Below, piece by piece: positions 9,992 to 20,262 of a DNA stretch of 64,000 nucleotides (position 1 is its first letter; each line of letters starts with the position of its first letter). The DNA is from an uncultured delta proteobacterium. GTDB lineage: Bacteria > Myxococcota_A > Polyangia > Polyangiales > Polyangiaceae. The notes under the pieces were generated by a model. That model was given only the letters and a program-made list of their open reading frames with translations, searched no databases and was not told where the DNA came from. A program made the position numbers and the translations under genes. The stretch is from contig CAVOKF010000004.1 in assembly GCA_963696385.1 (NCBI GenBank), positions 320,001 to 384,000 on the forward strand. Reading direction: 5' to 3'.

Positions 9992-10633
9992 TTACGCCCT
10001 CAGAACTTTGTACGCGTGCGCCCAGTCGCCGCGTACGAGTCCAGGGATGCACCAGAGCATGCAAAGCGGCTCGATGGCGCGCGCCGCCGTCGAAGCGCCC
10101 ATGTCCTCCACCTCCCATCCGAAGCGGGCGATCACGTCGCTTACGACCTTCTTGGCCCCTGCGTCGTCGCCGCAAATGAACATCGAGGGCTTGGTACCGA
10201 GCTGGGGGTGGACCATGAGGCCGTTGCCGACGCATGAAAACGCCTTGACGAAACGCGCTTGGGGCGCGCGCTTTTGAAGCCGCTCGAGAAGCGAATCGTT
10301 GGGCCCGGTAAAAAAGGAGAGGACCCCGTGCGTGGGCGGCGCGTCCGCGATCGGATTGGTCGTGTCGATCACGGTCTTTCCCGACAGCCGATCGCCGCAG
10401 GCGACGACCACGTCTTCCGCGGCCGTGCCCTTCACGGCGAGCACGACGAGCTCGCCGTGAGCGGCGGCTTCGGCGAACGATCCGGACGAAGCGTTCCGAC
10501 CGGCCTCGCGCGCCCAGAGCGCGAGCTTTTCCGGCTCGCGCGAGCCGCGCATGACGGCGTAACCAAGCTCGAGCAGGCCGTTCGCCAGAACCAGCCCGAC
10601 CGATCCGGACCCCAAGACCCCGACGTTCGTCAT
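9992..10633 (-). CDS. NAD(P)-binding oxidoreductase, F420-dependent NADP reductase-like
   Basis: GVLGSGSVG Rossmann motif, GSREPEK, VIDTTNP, VKAFS, ICGDDAGAK, AARAIEP. Confidence 0.85.
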   Translation of the reverse strand: MTNVGVLGSGSVGLVLANGLLELGYAVMRGSREPEKLALWAREAGRNASSGSFAEAAAHGELVVLAVKGTAAEDVVVACGDRLSGKTVIDTTNPIADAPPTHGVLSFFTGPNDSLLERLQKRAPQARFVKAFSCVGNGLMVHPQLGTKPSMFICGDDAGAKKVVSDVIARFGWEVEDMGASTAARAIEPLCMLWCIPGLVRGDWAHAYKVLRA

Positions 10634-10700
10634 GCACGGGATCGTGCAAACGAATCGGGCGCGGGTCAACGGCTATTGCCGTCGCGCGAATCCACCCCGG

Positions 10701-11606
10701 CTACGGGGTGAAATAAAGGTCCGAAATGCAGAAGCTGAACGGCTCGAGTCCGGCGTCCTGCCCGCCGCCGTTCGCCTGCCATTTCATGCCAATGAGTGCG
10801 CTGGTGTCCAGGGCATTAAACTGCGCGCCCCAACTCTCTTGCATGAGGTTGGCGTTCGCGGGGTTCCACGAGAACGAAATTTTCGTCCACACGCCGGGGG
10901 TATACGGCGTAACGTCCCCGCCGAAATCGTCGTCGCAGCCGGCATCGCCCATTGCGCAAGTCGGGACAAACTGGCCAAGGGGCCATGCCGACGGATCCGA
11001 CGTCTGCGTATCGGGAATCCCAAAATGGATGTCCGGATAGACCCCGCTGTCCGCAGGATTGACAAGAATGTAGAAACTCACGCCGCTGTATTTGGTCGCA
11101 TTGAACGGAACGGGTATGGACAGCGCGGTCGCCCCCGCGTCGGCGGCCTTGAAGTACACGAGGCTCATTCCGAGGCCTGCGTACGAGAGCACAGACCCGC
11201 CGAAACAGAGCTCGCCCGTGATCTCCGTGCCGTCGGCGTTGTGGATCGGCGGGGAGATCGGGGTGTCGACCAATTGGTATGTTCCCGTAACCGGTGAGTT
11301 TTCGTCGGTGTAGGTGTAATAGGAGCCGGGCGTGTTCCCGGCAGGAACGACCAGCGCGATCCGCGTGCCGGCGTCGGCGCTCATGTTATCGACCAGGAGA
11401 GGCGCCAAGCCTCCGTCGCTTGTTGGCGTGCCGCTGTCCAAAGAGCCCGGCGAGCCGGTGTGGCTGCTGCCGCTGCCCTCGGAGCTTGTGGCGGCGCTGG
11501 TCTTCGAACTGGGGTTCGCGTTGTTGGCCGTAGAGCACGCGGCAAACGCCACGAGGGCGAGAGAACCCATCGACACGAGCGCACGAAGGATCGTCCTGGC
11601 TGACAT
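10701..11606 (-). CDS. Secreted lipoprotein with putative carbohydrate-binding (CBM11-like) domain
   Basis: Lipobox AFAAC, Ser/Gly/Thr linker, PFNATKYSGVSF, WTKISFSW, QESWG, FSFCISDLYF. Confidence 0.6.
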   Translation of the reverse strand: MSARTILRALVSMGSLALVAFAACSTANNANPSSKTSAATSSEGSGSSHTGSPGSLDSGTPTSDGGLAPLLVDNMSADAGTRIALVVPAGNTPGSYYTYTDENSPVTGTYQLVDTPISPPIHNADGTEITGELCFGGSVLSYAGLGMSLVYFKAADAGATALSIPVPFNATKYSGVSFYILVNPADSGVYPDIHFGIPDTQTSDPSAWPLGQFVPTCAMGDAGCDDDFGGDVTPYTPGVWTKISFSWNPANANLMQESWGAQFNALDTSALIGMKWQANGGGQDAGLEPFSFCISDLYFTP

Positions 11607-11689
11607 GGCCCCCAGTTTACCACGCGATTGACCGCCGCGAAGGATCGCCCATCCCGGGGGGGAATCCTCCGGCGTCGGTCATCGCCACC

Positions 11690-14095
11690 TTAGGGTTTGT
11701 AGAAGTTCCCGCTCATCGTGACGGCGGTGAGAAGCCCCACAGTCGCATTGTAATACGTGTAGTAGTTGTTGCCGGTGGCCGCCAGGTTGGGCGTGCCGCG
11801 GTTGATCCCGTCGAGCACGAACTGCCACGCGGCATTGACGAACGTGGCGTTCGCCGTCCCTCCCGACAGCGCGCCCACCGCCGCGGTGCCGATGAGCGAC
11901 ATCGAGTTGGGCGCGGCAGCAGGGCTGCAGGCGGGCGAGGTGGTGGCGGTGCAGGCGAGGCCGCCCGTCGTGTACTCGTCGAAGAGACTGTCAATCCCTC
12001 CGCTTGTCGCCTTCCCCGAGAAAAATGCGCTGATCTTCGCGAGGTACGTGCTGGCGCCGCCCGACCCGCCCGCGCCGTTCCAGCAATAGTCAATCCCCAC
12101 GCGCCACGGCACCCTATGCGCGTCGTATTGGTACGCGCCGCCGTTTGCATAGGCGGTCGATCCGGGGGATGTGCAATTGTTCGTGCACCAGGCCGGCACC
12201 AGTCCATCGGTCCCGCTGATCGCGGCGCTGTTCAGCACCGTGTACACGTTCGTGGCCACGGTGTTGAAGCCCGTTTGAGTCGACGCGAAGAGACGGTAAT
12301 AGGCCGGCGCGAAGTACGAGGGATTGGTGGGGTTCGCGGTTGTCGAGCCCCCGTTGCTTCCGTAGGTCGGAAGGTAGCTCGTGTGGTCGATGTCGCTCGT
12401 CCAGATGTCGTTGATGAGGGTCGTCGCGTTCGTGGCGTAGGTCGCCTCGGTCGGCCAGACGTGCGACGCCAAGAGCAGCGCAAACGCGGCATCCTCGTCG
12501 GAGTCGGTGGCCGATCCCTCACTGGCACCGTCCAAGGGGCTCGTGCCGGCCGCGTTGTAGATCCAGTTCATCAGCGAGCCCGCGGTGGTCCGGGCCGACC
12601 AAAACTTCCAGAGGCCGTCGAAGAGCGTCTCGTCGTCGAAGTACGCGGCAAGCAGCATGCCGTAGGCGATGCCTTCGGACACGACCGATCCCCCGTCCAC
12701 CTCGGGGCTCTTGACCATCATCTCGCCCGCGTTGGGACCCGCGGCGACGAAGTTCTGCTTCCAGTTGTGGTACGCCCACAAGAGGAACTTGCCGGCGGCT
12801 TTGTATTTCGCGCCGTCGAACGTCGGCGTAGCCCCGCCGCATTGCCATCCCGTCGCTCCGTCGTTGAACGTCGGCATCGTCATCCCGGGGGGAACGAGCC
12901 CTTCGTTGGCGCTCGTGAAGCTGTAGAGCGCGACGTTGTCCAACCAAATGTCGTAGGCACCGGTCGTCGAGAAGTCGCTGTAGACCGAGAATTGCATGCC
13001 GAGTGCGTGGGCCGGCACGAAATCCGGCGCCTGACAAAATGTACCTGTCCCACATCCCGTTGGCGACGGAAACCAACGGGGAATGAGCTCGGCAAACGGG
13101 ACATAGACGGTCGTGCTCATCGAGGTCGGCATGGCCATGCCCACACCCGTCGGCGTCGATCCGGTCGCGCTGAACAAGAAGCCGCGGTTGTTGTAGGCGT
13201 CGATCTCCCCATTGGTCGCCGTTCCGCTGCCCGGAGTGAGCACCGTGGGCCCCGCCGGCGGGTTGGGCCCGGGCTGCGTCTCTTTCGAGAGGATCTCGAA
13301 GTACACGGGGCCCTGACTGCTGGCTCCCGTCTTGATGTCGAACTGGATGCCGTCGTACGCGCTTAGGTCGTAGCCGTTCCACGAGGTCCCGGCCGCCATG
13401 CCATCGAAGGGCGCGCTGAAGCCGCAGTACATCGGATGACCCGTGTCCGAGAGGTGCAGCGCGTACTTGTTGCAGGTGCCCGGGTCGTCGTCGGAAGGCG
13501 CGGCGGCCGCCACGTAAAAGCCGCTCGCGTTCTTCGTCTGCGTGACCGACACTCCGGCGCCGTCTGCGTAGGGCAACCACGGGCCCGTGCGACCGGACTG
13601 CGCGGTGACGACGTCGTCGCCTTCTTCGAAGTCCGAAATTTCGAGGGTACTCGCCGGCGCGCACGTGCGACTCGCGTCGGAGGTCAGCACGACGGTGCCG
13701 CTGTCCTGTGCGTTCGAGCTCGTGGAGCTCGAGCTGCTGGAGTTGCCGGAATTGTTATTGCCGGAGTTTCCGGAGTTGTTGTTTCCGGAGTTGCCGGAAT
13801 TGTTATTGCCGGAGTTTCCGGAGTTGTTGTTTCCGGAGTTGCCGGAATTGTTATTGCCGGAGTTTCCGGAGTTGTTGTTTCCGGAGTTGCCGGAATTGTT
13901 ATTGCCGGAGTTTCCGGAGTTGTTGTTTCCGGAATTCCCGTTCGCGCTCGTCGAGCTGCCCGAAGGGCCTCCGCCGTCGTCGTTGCCGTTGTCGCCGTTG
14001 CCTCCCGTGGGAGTGTTGGCGGTGCTGCAACCGGAAAACACCGGCAGAACCAGCGCCGACGCGAATATGCAGGAGGACACAATCGAACGACGCAT
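11690..14095 (-). CDS. Lipoprotein: Asn/Ser/Gly repeat linker, CBM-like domain and C-terminal glycoside hydrolase family 8
   Basis: Start MRRSIVSS at 14095, lipobox FSGC; GH8 motifs VSEGIAYGML, SATDSDED, NPSYFAPAYY, YDAHRVPWR. Confidence 0.88.
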   Translation of the reverse strand: MRRSIVSSCIFASALVLPVFSGCSTANTPTGGNGDNGNDDGGGPSGSSTSANGNSGNNNSGNSGNNNSGNSGNNNSGNSGNNNSGNSGNNNSGNSGNNNSGNSGNNNSGNSGNNNSGNSSSSSSTSSNAQDSGTVVLTSDASRTCAPASTLEISDFEEGDDVVTAQSGRTGPWLPYADGAGVSVTQTKNASGFYVAAAAPSDDDPGTCNKYALHLSDTGHPMYCGFSAPFDGMAAGTSWNGYDLSAYDGIQFDIKTGASSQGPVYFEILSKETQPGPNPPAGPTVLTPGSGTATNGEIDAYNNRGFLFSATGSTPTGVGMAMPTSMSTTVYVPFAELIPRWFPSPTGCGTGTFCQAPDFVPAHALGMQFSVYSDFSTTGAYDIWLDNVALYSFTSANEGLVPPGMTMPTFNDGATGWQCGGATPTFDGAKYKAAGKFLLWAYHNWKQNFVAAGPNAGEMMVKSPEVDGGSVVSEGIAYGMLLAAYFDDETLFDGLWKFWSARTTAGSLMNWIYNAAGTSPLDGASEGSATDSDEDAAFALLLASHVWPTEATYATNATTLINDIWTSDIDHTSYLPTYGSNGGSTTANPTNPSYFAPAYYRLFASTQTGFNTVATNVYTVLNSAAISGTDGLVPAWCTNNCTSPGSTAYANGGAYQYDAHRVPWRVGIDYCWNGAGGSGGASTYLAKISAFFSGKATSGGIDSLFDEYTTGGLACTATTSPACSPAAAPNSMSLIGTAAVGALSGGTANATFVNAAWQFVLDGINRGTPNLAATGNNYYTYYNATVGLLTAVTMSGNFYKP
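13739..13930. repeat. Perfect 4 x 48-bp tandem repeat (two alternating 24-bp subunits) encoding 8 x GNNNSGNS
   Basis: ggagttgccggaattgttattgcc+ggagtttccggagttgttgtttcc occurs four times. Confidence 0.95.
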
Positions 14096-14612
14096 TACCA
14101 AGCCTCTTTGCTTCGGAAAGCCAACCCCTGTCGCAGGAAGGCGGGGTGGTGGGGGGGGAAAGGACGGACGGCGCGCTCTCGCGCGTGGGCGGAAGAGAAC
14201 CCGAACCGCGCGTGTTGCGCAATCCGGGCTCGAGGGGTGATGTCGAGACGACGCATACGTTGAAAGCAAGTGAGCGGGACGTCAATCTCTGCACGACCCA
14301 AAATTGGGCCACATTCCGTCCTCGAGAAAAGAATCCGATGTCGTGGTACGACCATCGCGCGGTTCCACGGCCGAAAAGGTTCCCCCTTAGCCTGCGCGCC
14401 CGCGGTCGTTTCCCAATCTGCGGTCCTTGCGGCGCGCCACGGTCGTCGCGCGGGTCAACGCCGCGCGCGGCGGCGAACGAGCCGCGCAAGCCCGATCGGC
14501 TCGACGTCGCCCGTTCGGACGACAGGGGGCCGCGTTGACTCCGGGCGGCCCGTCTGCCACGTAAAGGAGCCTTTTCGTGGGTCGCCCGGTCGTGGGCGGG
14601 GAGATTGTCGTT

Positions 14613-17600
14613 GTGGGGAAATCGGAATTACCAGCAAACCTCGGAGCGGGCGGGCGGGCCGGACGCCGCATCGGGTCGCTTTTGGCGATGGTGGGGGCCG
14701 CGCTTGTCGTGTTGGGCCTGATGGTGGTGGGCTGCTCGGGGAAGACGACCCAGGCCGGCGGGTTGGTCCTGCTGGTCGAAACGGACATGAAGGCGGGTAC
14801 GGACTTCGACTCGATTACGGTGCAGATCGGGCAAGAAACGGGGCAAGACGGGGGCTATCGAACGTTGGTTGACGTTCCGATTACGGTGGAGGCGAACACC
14901 CTGCCGGCGACGATCTCGATCACGGCGGGTAGCTCCCCCGAGCAGGAAGCGCTCATCGCGATCACGGCGACGAAGGGCAACCCGGCGGTGGCGGTGGTGG
15001 AGCGCACGATTGAGGTCCAAGTGCCGCGCGACCGGGTCGCGGAGCTCGTCGTGCTTCTCGCTTCGGATTGCGCGGGCAAGCTGAGCTGTCCCGTGTCCGA
15101 GAGCTGCAATCCAGACACGGGCGGGTGCGCCACGGACGTGGTCGACGCGAGCACGCTGCCGTCGTACTCGCCGGGTGGTTCGGGGGCGGGGGGGCGCTGG
15201 ACGCGACCGTCGGGGACGGCCCCGTGGCCGACGCGCCGCTGTCGGAGGGCGCGGCGAATCCGCAGGAGACCTCGACGCCACCGCAGGAGGCCGGCATGGC
15301 GGATGTCGTGACGTGCAGCCCGACGACGTGCGCCGGGGGCTGCTGCGACGACAACGGCAGCTGCCAGTCCGGCACGGCCGTCGGAGCGTGCGGCACCGGG
15401 GGCGTGGCCTGCGCCGCGTGCGGGGTCGGGCAGGCCTGCACGGCCGGCAGCTGCGCGTGCGGGACCGGGTGCATGACGGGCTGCTGCACGAGCGCGGGGG
15501 CGTGCGAGACCTCGACCGCCGCGCATTGCGGCGCCCCCGGGATGGCGTGCGCCGCATGCGGATCGGGCCAGGAGTGCGACACGACGGGACAGTGCGTCTG
15601 CAACGCCGCGTCGTGTCCGAACGGGTGCTGCACCGCGAGCGGGGCGTGCGTCCTGTACGCTGCTCAGACCACCACGGCGTGCGGTGCGGCCGGTGCGGCC
15701 TGCTCCGGCTGCCCGACGGGCCAAGCCTGCGATACGACGACCGGTCAATGCGCCTGCACGGCCACGTCGTGTGCGGGCGGCTGCTGCGCCGGCGACGGGG
15801 GTTGCGTCGAAGTCGACGCGCAGTCGACCGCGGGCTGCGGATCGGGGGGCAACGCCTGCGGCGCGTGTGCGGGGGGGCAAACGTGCAACGGTGGGGAGTG
15901 CTCGTGCGGGGGCGTGAGCTGCGCGGGATGCTGTGCGGAGGGCACCTGTGTGACGCCTGTGACCAACCTGGAGTGCGGCGCGAACGGCGGGGTGTGCGCG
16001 GCGTGCGGCACGAACCAGGAGTGCAGCACCCAAGGCAAGTGCGTCTGCGACGCCAAGTCGTGCCCGAACGGCTGCTGCGACGCGACGGGAAAGTGCCAGA
16101 CCTCGGGCAATGCCACGTGCGGGACCGGGGGCGTCGCTTGCGCCGCGTGTGCGGCCACGCAAGTGTGCACCGCCGGCAAGTGCGCGTGCGATGCGGCGTC
16201 GTGTCCCGGCGGCTGCTGCGATGCGACCGGCACGTGCGTGGCTCTCGCGAGCGAGGGGATTGGCCAATGCGGCGCGGGGGGTGCCGCGTGCGTCGCCTGT
16301 GCGCAGGGCCAAAGCTGCGACGCGACTGGCAAATGCGTTTGCAATGCGACGTCGTGCCCGACCGGCTGCTGCGACACGACCGGGATGTGCCACGCCGAGA
16401 GCAACGCAACCTGCGGGACCCCCGGTGCGGCGTGCGCGGCGTGCGGCACCGGGCTCGAGTGCGGAGCGGCCGGCACGTGTGTCTGCAACGCGACGTCGTG
16501 CCCGGTGGGCTGTTGTGTCGGAAACGTGTGCGAGGCCAAGAACGCGTGCGGCGGGTGCACGGCGCTGACCTCCGCTCCGGGGTCGACGTGCACCGCGGCG
16601 GACGGTTGCGTCGGCGCCTACGCGTGCAACGGGACCGACGCGCTCACCTGCAACGCGCCCGCGCTCAACGCGTGCAAGGGCTGCTCGACCCTCACGGGCG
16701 GCACACTCGGCGCCACGTGCAGCAGCGGCGGGTGCACGGGAATGTACGTGTGTGAGACAGGCAACGACAACGCTGTGACGTGCAACGCGCCGTTGCCCAA
16801 CAAGTGCGGCGGCTGCTCGACGCTCACGGGTGGCACACTCGGCGCCACGTGCAGCAGCGGGGCGTGCACGGGAATGTACGTGTGTGAGACAGGCAACGAC
16901 AACGCTGTGACGTGCAACGCGCCGTTGCCCAACATGTGCGGCGGCTGCTCGACGCTCACGGGCGGCACACTCGGCGCCACGTGCAGCAGCGGCGTGTGCA
17001 CGGGGACCTACGTGTGTGATACGGGCAACGACAACGCCGTGACGTGCAACGCGCCGTTGCCCAACAAGTGCGGCGGCTGCTCGACGCTCACGGGCGGCAC
17101 ACTCGGCGCCACGTGCAGCAGCGGCGCGTGCACGGGAACGTACGTGTGTGATACAGGCAACGACAACGCTGTGACGTGCAACGCGCCGTTGCCCAACAAG
17201 TGCGGCGGCTGCTCGACGCTCACGGGCGGCACACTCGGCGCCACGTGCAGCAGCGGCGTGTGCACGGGAACGTACGTGTGTGATCCAGGCAACGACAACG
17301 CCGTGACCTGCGACGCGCCGGCCCCGATCCCCTACTACGAGGACTGCGACGACGACGGGTATGGCGCCACGGGTAGCACGGCCACGAACTCCTGCACGGG
17401 CGGCCCTCCCGGTAGCCCTCCTCCGTTGTGTCAGCCCAATGCCGGGGGGGATGGGATCACCACCTTCCAGTGGTCGACCAACAGCAACGACTGTTGCGAC
17501 ATCGACCCGGCCGCTTACCCAACCCAAACGGCTTACTTTACGTATCCCGATTATTGTGGGAGCTTTGATTTCAACTGCGATGGGATCCTCGAAGCCCAAT

Positions 17601-17806
17601 TCCCGTTGGGTGGCTGCGCGGCTCAGCCCGCTACCAACTGTCCGCTCGAGTCGTGGCCATTCGCCACGGTGAGCCCCGACGTTGGCGTGGCCGACAACTC
17701 GTGCGCCAACATTCCCACGGAGGTTCCGCAGATCTGCACCGTGGCCAATGGGGCCTGCATTGAGCAGAGCCTTGACGAGAGCGGCGTACAGCTCCAGTGC
17801 CACTGA
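14613..17806 (+). CDS. Large Cys-rich repeat surface lipoprotein (~1060 aa), reading frame broken at the G7 run 15188-15194
   Basis: ORF 14577..15311 supplies the signal (LMVVGC) and N-domain up to SPGGSGAGG; ORF 15068..17806 continues ALDATVGDGP and then Cys-rich repeats; one extra G joins them; C-terminal YYEDCDDDGYG...DCCD.DP motif; start uncertain. Confidence 0.75.
16679..17320. repeat. 132-bp (44-aa) near-identical tandem repeat, ~4.8 copies
   Basis: ctgctcgac units at 16681, 16813, 16945, 17077 and 17209 encode CSTLTGGTLGATCSSGxCTGxYVC(E/D)TGNDNAVTCNAPLPNKCGG. Confidence 0.93.
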
Positions 17807-17949
17807 CCCCTAAGCAAGCGGATCGTTGAACGCGCGCGGTTCCGGCCGCAGCGCGGTCGTTCCGGTCCGAACCATGGGAGGGCGAACCGGCCCCATTTCC
17901 TATTTCTCCCGACGCGGGGAATGAGTATGCCGGTAGGCGGCTACAGCTC

Positions 17950-20157
17950 ATGCGCAAGGGGAAGGCCGCGCTCGCCGCACTGCTGTTCCTTGTCGTCGCC
18001 TCGGGGTTCGCGCGGGCCGCGCCGGCGAACGTCGTGCCGCCGCGACGGCTCGACGCGGCCGAAGTGCCCTACCCTGGGGACGGTCGAGGCGATGCAGCCG
18101 TCGTTCTGATTGCGGTCGTCGACGAGACCGGGCAGGTGACCGACCTTACGGTGCGCGAGGGGTCGCCGCCCTTTGCCGCCGCCGCGATGGCCGGCGTGCG
18201 CCGGTGGCGCTTGGCGCCCGCGACGAGGGATGGCACGCCGATTTCGGCCCGCATCGTCGTTACCGTCGCCTTCCATGCACCCCCGCCTCCGGCGCCGCCG
18301 TCTCCCAAGGGCGGGGCGACCCCCGCGGCCGGACCTGCGGCTGCGGTCGCGCCGCCGGTCGACGTCTCCGTCAAGGGCGAACGCGAAGAACCAAGCACGA
18401 TTCACATCCCGCGCAGCGAGACGCAGTTCGTCGCCGGCGCCTTCGGCGATCCGTTCAAGATCGTCGAGGCATTGCCCGGCATGGCGCCGTGGCTGAGCGG
18501 CCTTCCCTATTACTACGTGCGCGGGTCGCCTCCCGAGAGCGTCGGTTACTTCGTCGACGGCATCCGGATCCCGTTACTCTTTCACGTCGGCCCGGGGCCT
18601 TCCACGATCGCCCCGGCGTTGGTCGATTCGGTGGACCTCTTCCCCGGCGCCTACCCCGCCCGGTACGGCCGCTACGCCGGCGCGGTCATCGCCGGAGAAA
18701 CGACCGGGCCCGTCACAGACCATCCGCGCGCCGAATTCGGGGTGCGCGTCTACGACGCGAACGCGTTCGCCGAGCTGCCGTACGACAGCGGCCAGGGCAG
18801 CGTTGCCGCCGCAGCCCGCTATTCCTACACGGGGCCCCTCACGTCGATTGTCGTGCCCAAATACACGCTCGGGTACTGGGATTATCAACTGCGACTGTCG
18901 CATCGCGTGGGCGACAAGGACACCCTCACGTTGTTCGCCTTCGGCGCGCACGACGAGCTTCACTACAACGGCGAGCCGACCTTCCGCGTCGAAGCCCATC
19001 GCGCCGACCTACGCTACGACCACCCCCTCGCCGGGGGCAGCGTTCGGGTCGCCTGGACATTCAACTACGACGACACGCTCACGGCGCTCCAGACGGACAC
19101 GGGTGCCGGCACGAGCGCCGCGCAGAAAGGACCGGGGTGGCGGCTGCGCGCCGAGCTCGACGAGCGGATCGCCCAAGGCGCTCGGATCCGGGCCGGCGCC
19201 GACATCGGGGCGACGAAGTATGCCGTCGACGATTACCCCGCGATCGACGGCTACCGTGGACTGCAGGGGCCGCACACCGACGTCGAAGGCGGCGCGTACG
19301 CAGACCTCGTCTGGCGTCCCATCCGACCCGTCGAGCTTGTCCCGGGAGTACGGCTCGACGGCTACCGGACGCGCGAAGAGACGACGTGGGCGCCGCAGCC
19401 TCGCCTGGCCGCAAAGGTCCAAGTCCTTCCGGCCGCCTCCTGGGTCTCGTCGTTCGGGACGGCGCACCAGGAGCCCACCGAACAGGTCTTCGTGCCCTCC
19501 AAAATACCCAACCCCGCCGAGGAGGGGTCGCAGAACAACTACCAATTCTCGGAGGGAGCCGAGGTCCGGCTGCCGTCGAGCCTGCGATTTCGAGTCAGCG
19601 GCTTCTATTCGAGCTTGCTGGCAACCCACATCCTCGGGACGTCCCAGAGCGAGACCGGACAGAGCGGAGGCCTCGAGGTCTTTGTCCGGAGGGACTTCAC
19701 CGAGCGTCTCGGCGGCTTCGTCTCCTACACCCTGTCGCGTACCGTGGCGACGGCCAACGGCGTCACCGAGCGGGTGCCTTGGGACCGGACCCACGTCGCT
19801 TCGGTCGTTCTCGGCTACGACCTCGGGCGGCACTGGCGGATTGGAGGGCGGCTCTTCTTCGAGTCCGGTCGGCCGTCCCAGCAGGTCTGCGTCGAAAACT
19901 GCACATCCGGGGTCGGAGCGAGGCCCGTGTTCTACACGCCTCCCGGCAATCTCCCCGTGTTCTGGCGACTCGACGCGCGTCTCGAAAAGAAATGGACGCT
20001 GTCGGGCGGTCACTGGCTGACCGCATCTCTCGAATGCTTCAACGTGTTCGACCGGCGCGAGCCGACCGGGGATCAATACGTGCCGGGGTATGGCGTCTCG
20101 GTCGTCTACCAGAGCGCGATCATCCTGCCGAGCGTCGGGCTGGAAGGCGGGCTGTGA
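17950..20157 (+). CDS. TonB C-terminal domain fused to a TonB-dependent receptor (myxobacterial type)
   Basis: Signal peptide, TonB-C-like region (VDETGQV...WRLAPATRDG), Pro-rich linker, plug (GDPFKIVEALPG, YVRG, DGIRIPLLFH, YPARYG), beta-barrel-like C-terminus. Confidence 0.85.
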   Translation: MRKGKAALAALLFLVVASGFARAAPANVVPPRRLDAAEVPYPGDGRGDAAVVLIAVVDETGQVTDLTVREGSPPFAAAAMAGVRRWRLAPATRDGTPISARIVVTVAFHAPPPPAPPSPKGGATPAAGPAAAVAPPVDVSVKGEREEPSTIHIPRSETQFVAGAFGDPFKIVEALPGMAPWLSGLPYYYVRGSPPESVGYFVDGIRIPLLFHVGPGPSTIAPALVDSVDLFPGAYPARYGRYAGAVIAGETTGPVTDHPRAEFGVRVYDANAFAELPYDSGQGSVAAAARYSYTGPLTSIVVPKYTLGYWDYQLRLSHRVGDKDTLTLFAFGAHDELHYNGEPTFRVEAHRADLRYDHPLAGGSVRVAWTFNYDDTLTALQTDTGAGTSAAQKGPGWRLRAELDERIAQGARIRAGADIGATKYAVDDYPAIDGYRGLQGPHTDVEGGAYADLVWRPIRPVELVPGVRLDGYRTREETTWAPQPRLAAKVQVLPAASWVSSFGTAHQEPTEQVFVPSKIPNPAEEGSQNNYQFSEGAEVRLPSSLRFRVSGFYSSLLATHILGTSQSETGQSGGLEVFVRRDFTERLGGFVSYTLSRTVATANGVTERVPWDRTHVASVVLGYDLGRHWRIGGRLFFESGRPSQQVCVENCTSGVGARPVFYTPPGNLPVFWRLDARLEKKWTLSGGHWLTASLECFNVFDRREPTGDQYVPGYGVSVVYQSAIILPSVGLEGGL

Positions 20158-20262
20158 CTCTCGGCCGCGTTTGCGCGTGAGAGCCCCGGCCGCATTTCCC
20201 CTGGCATTCGCTCCGCCGCGGGGCCCTGAACCAGGACGTCGCGCGCGGGGGGGGGGCGGCCG

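Noticed and set aside
13739..13930. Possible CRISPR array
   Set aside because: Head-to-tail repeats with no unique spacers, in frame within the GH8 gene, and no cas genes in the window
16679..17320. Possible CRISPR or mobile-element repeats
   Set aside because: 132-bp in-frame coding repeats with mostly synonymous differences
14855..17803. 982-aa minus-strand ORF
   Set aside because: Antisense shadow of the Cys-rich gene; Arg/Ala-rich with no motifs, typical of high-GC DNA
20247..20256. Poly-G run as a phase-variation tract
   Set aside because: Lies between two convergent stop codons, so a length change would not affect coding or promoters
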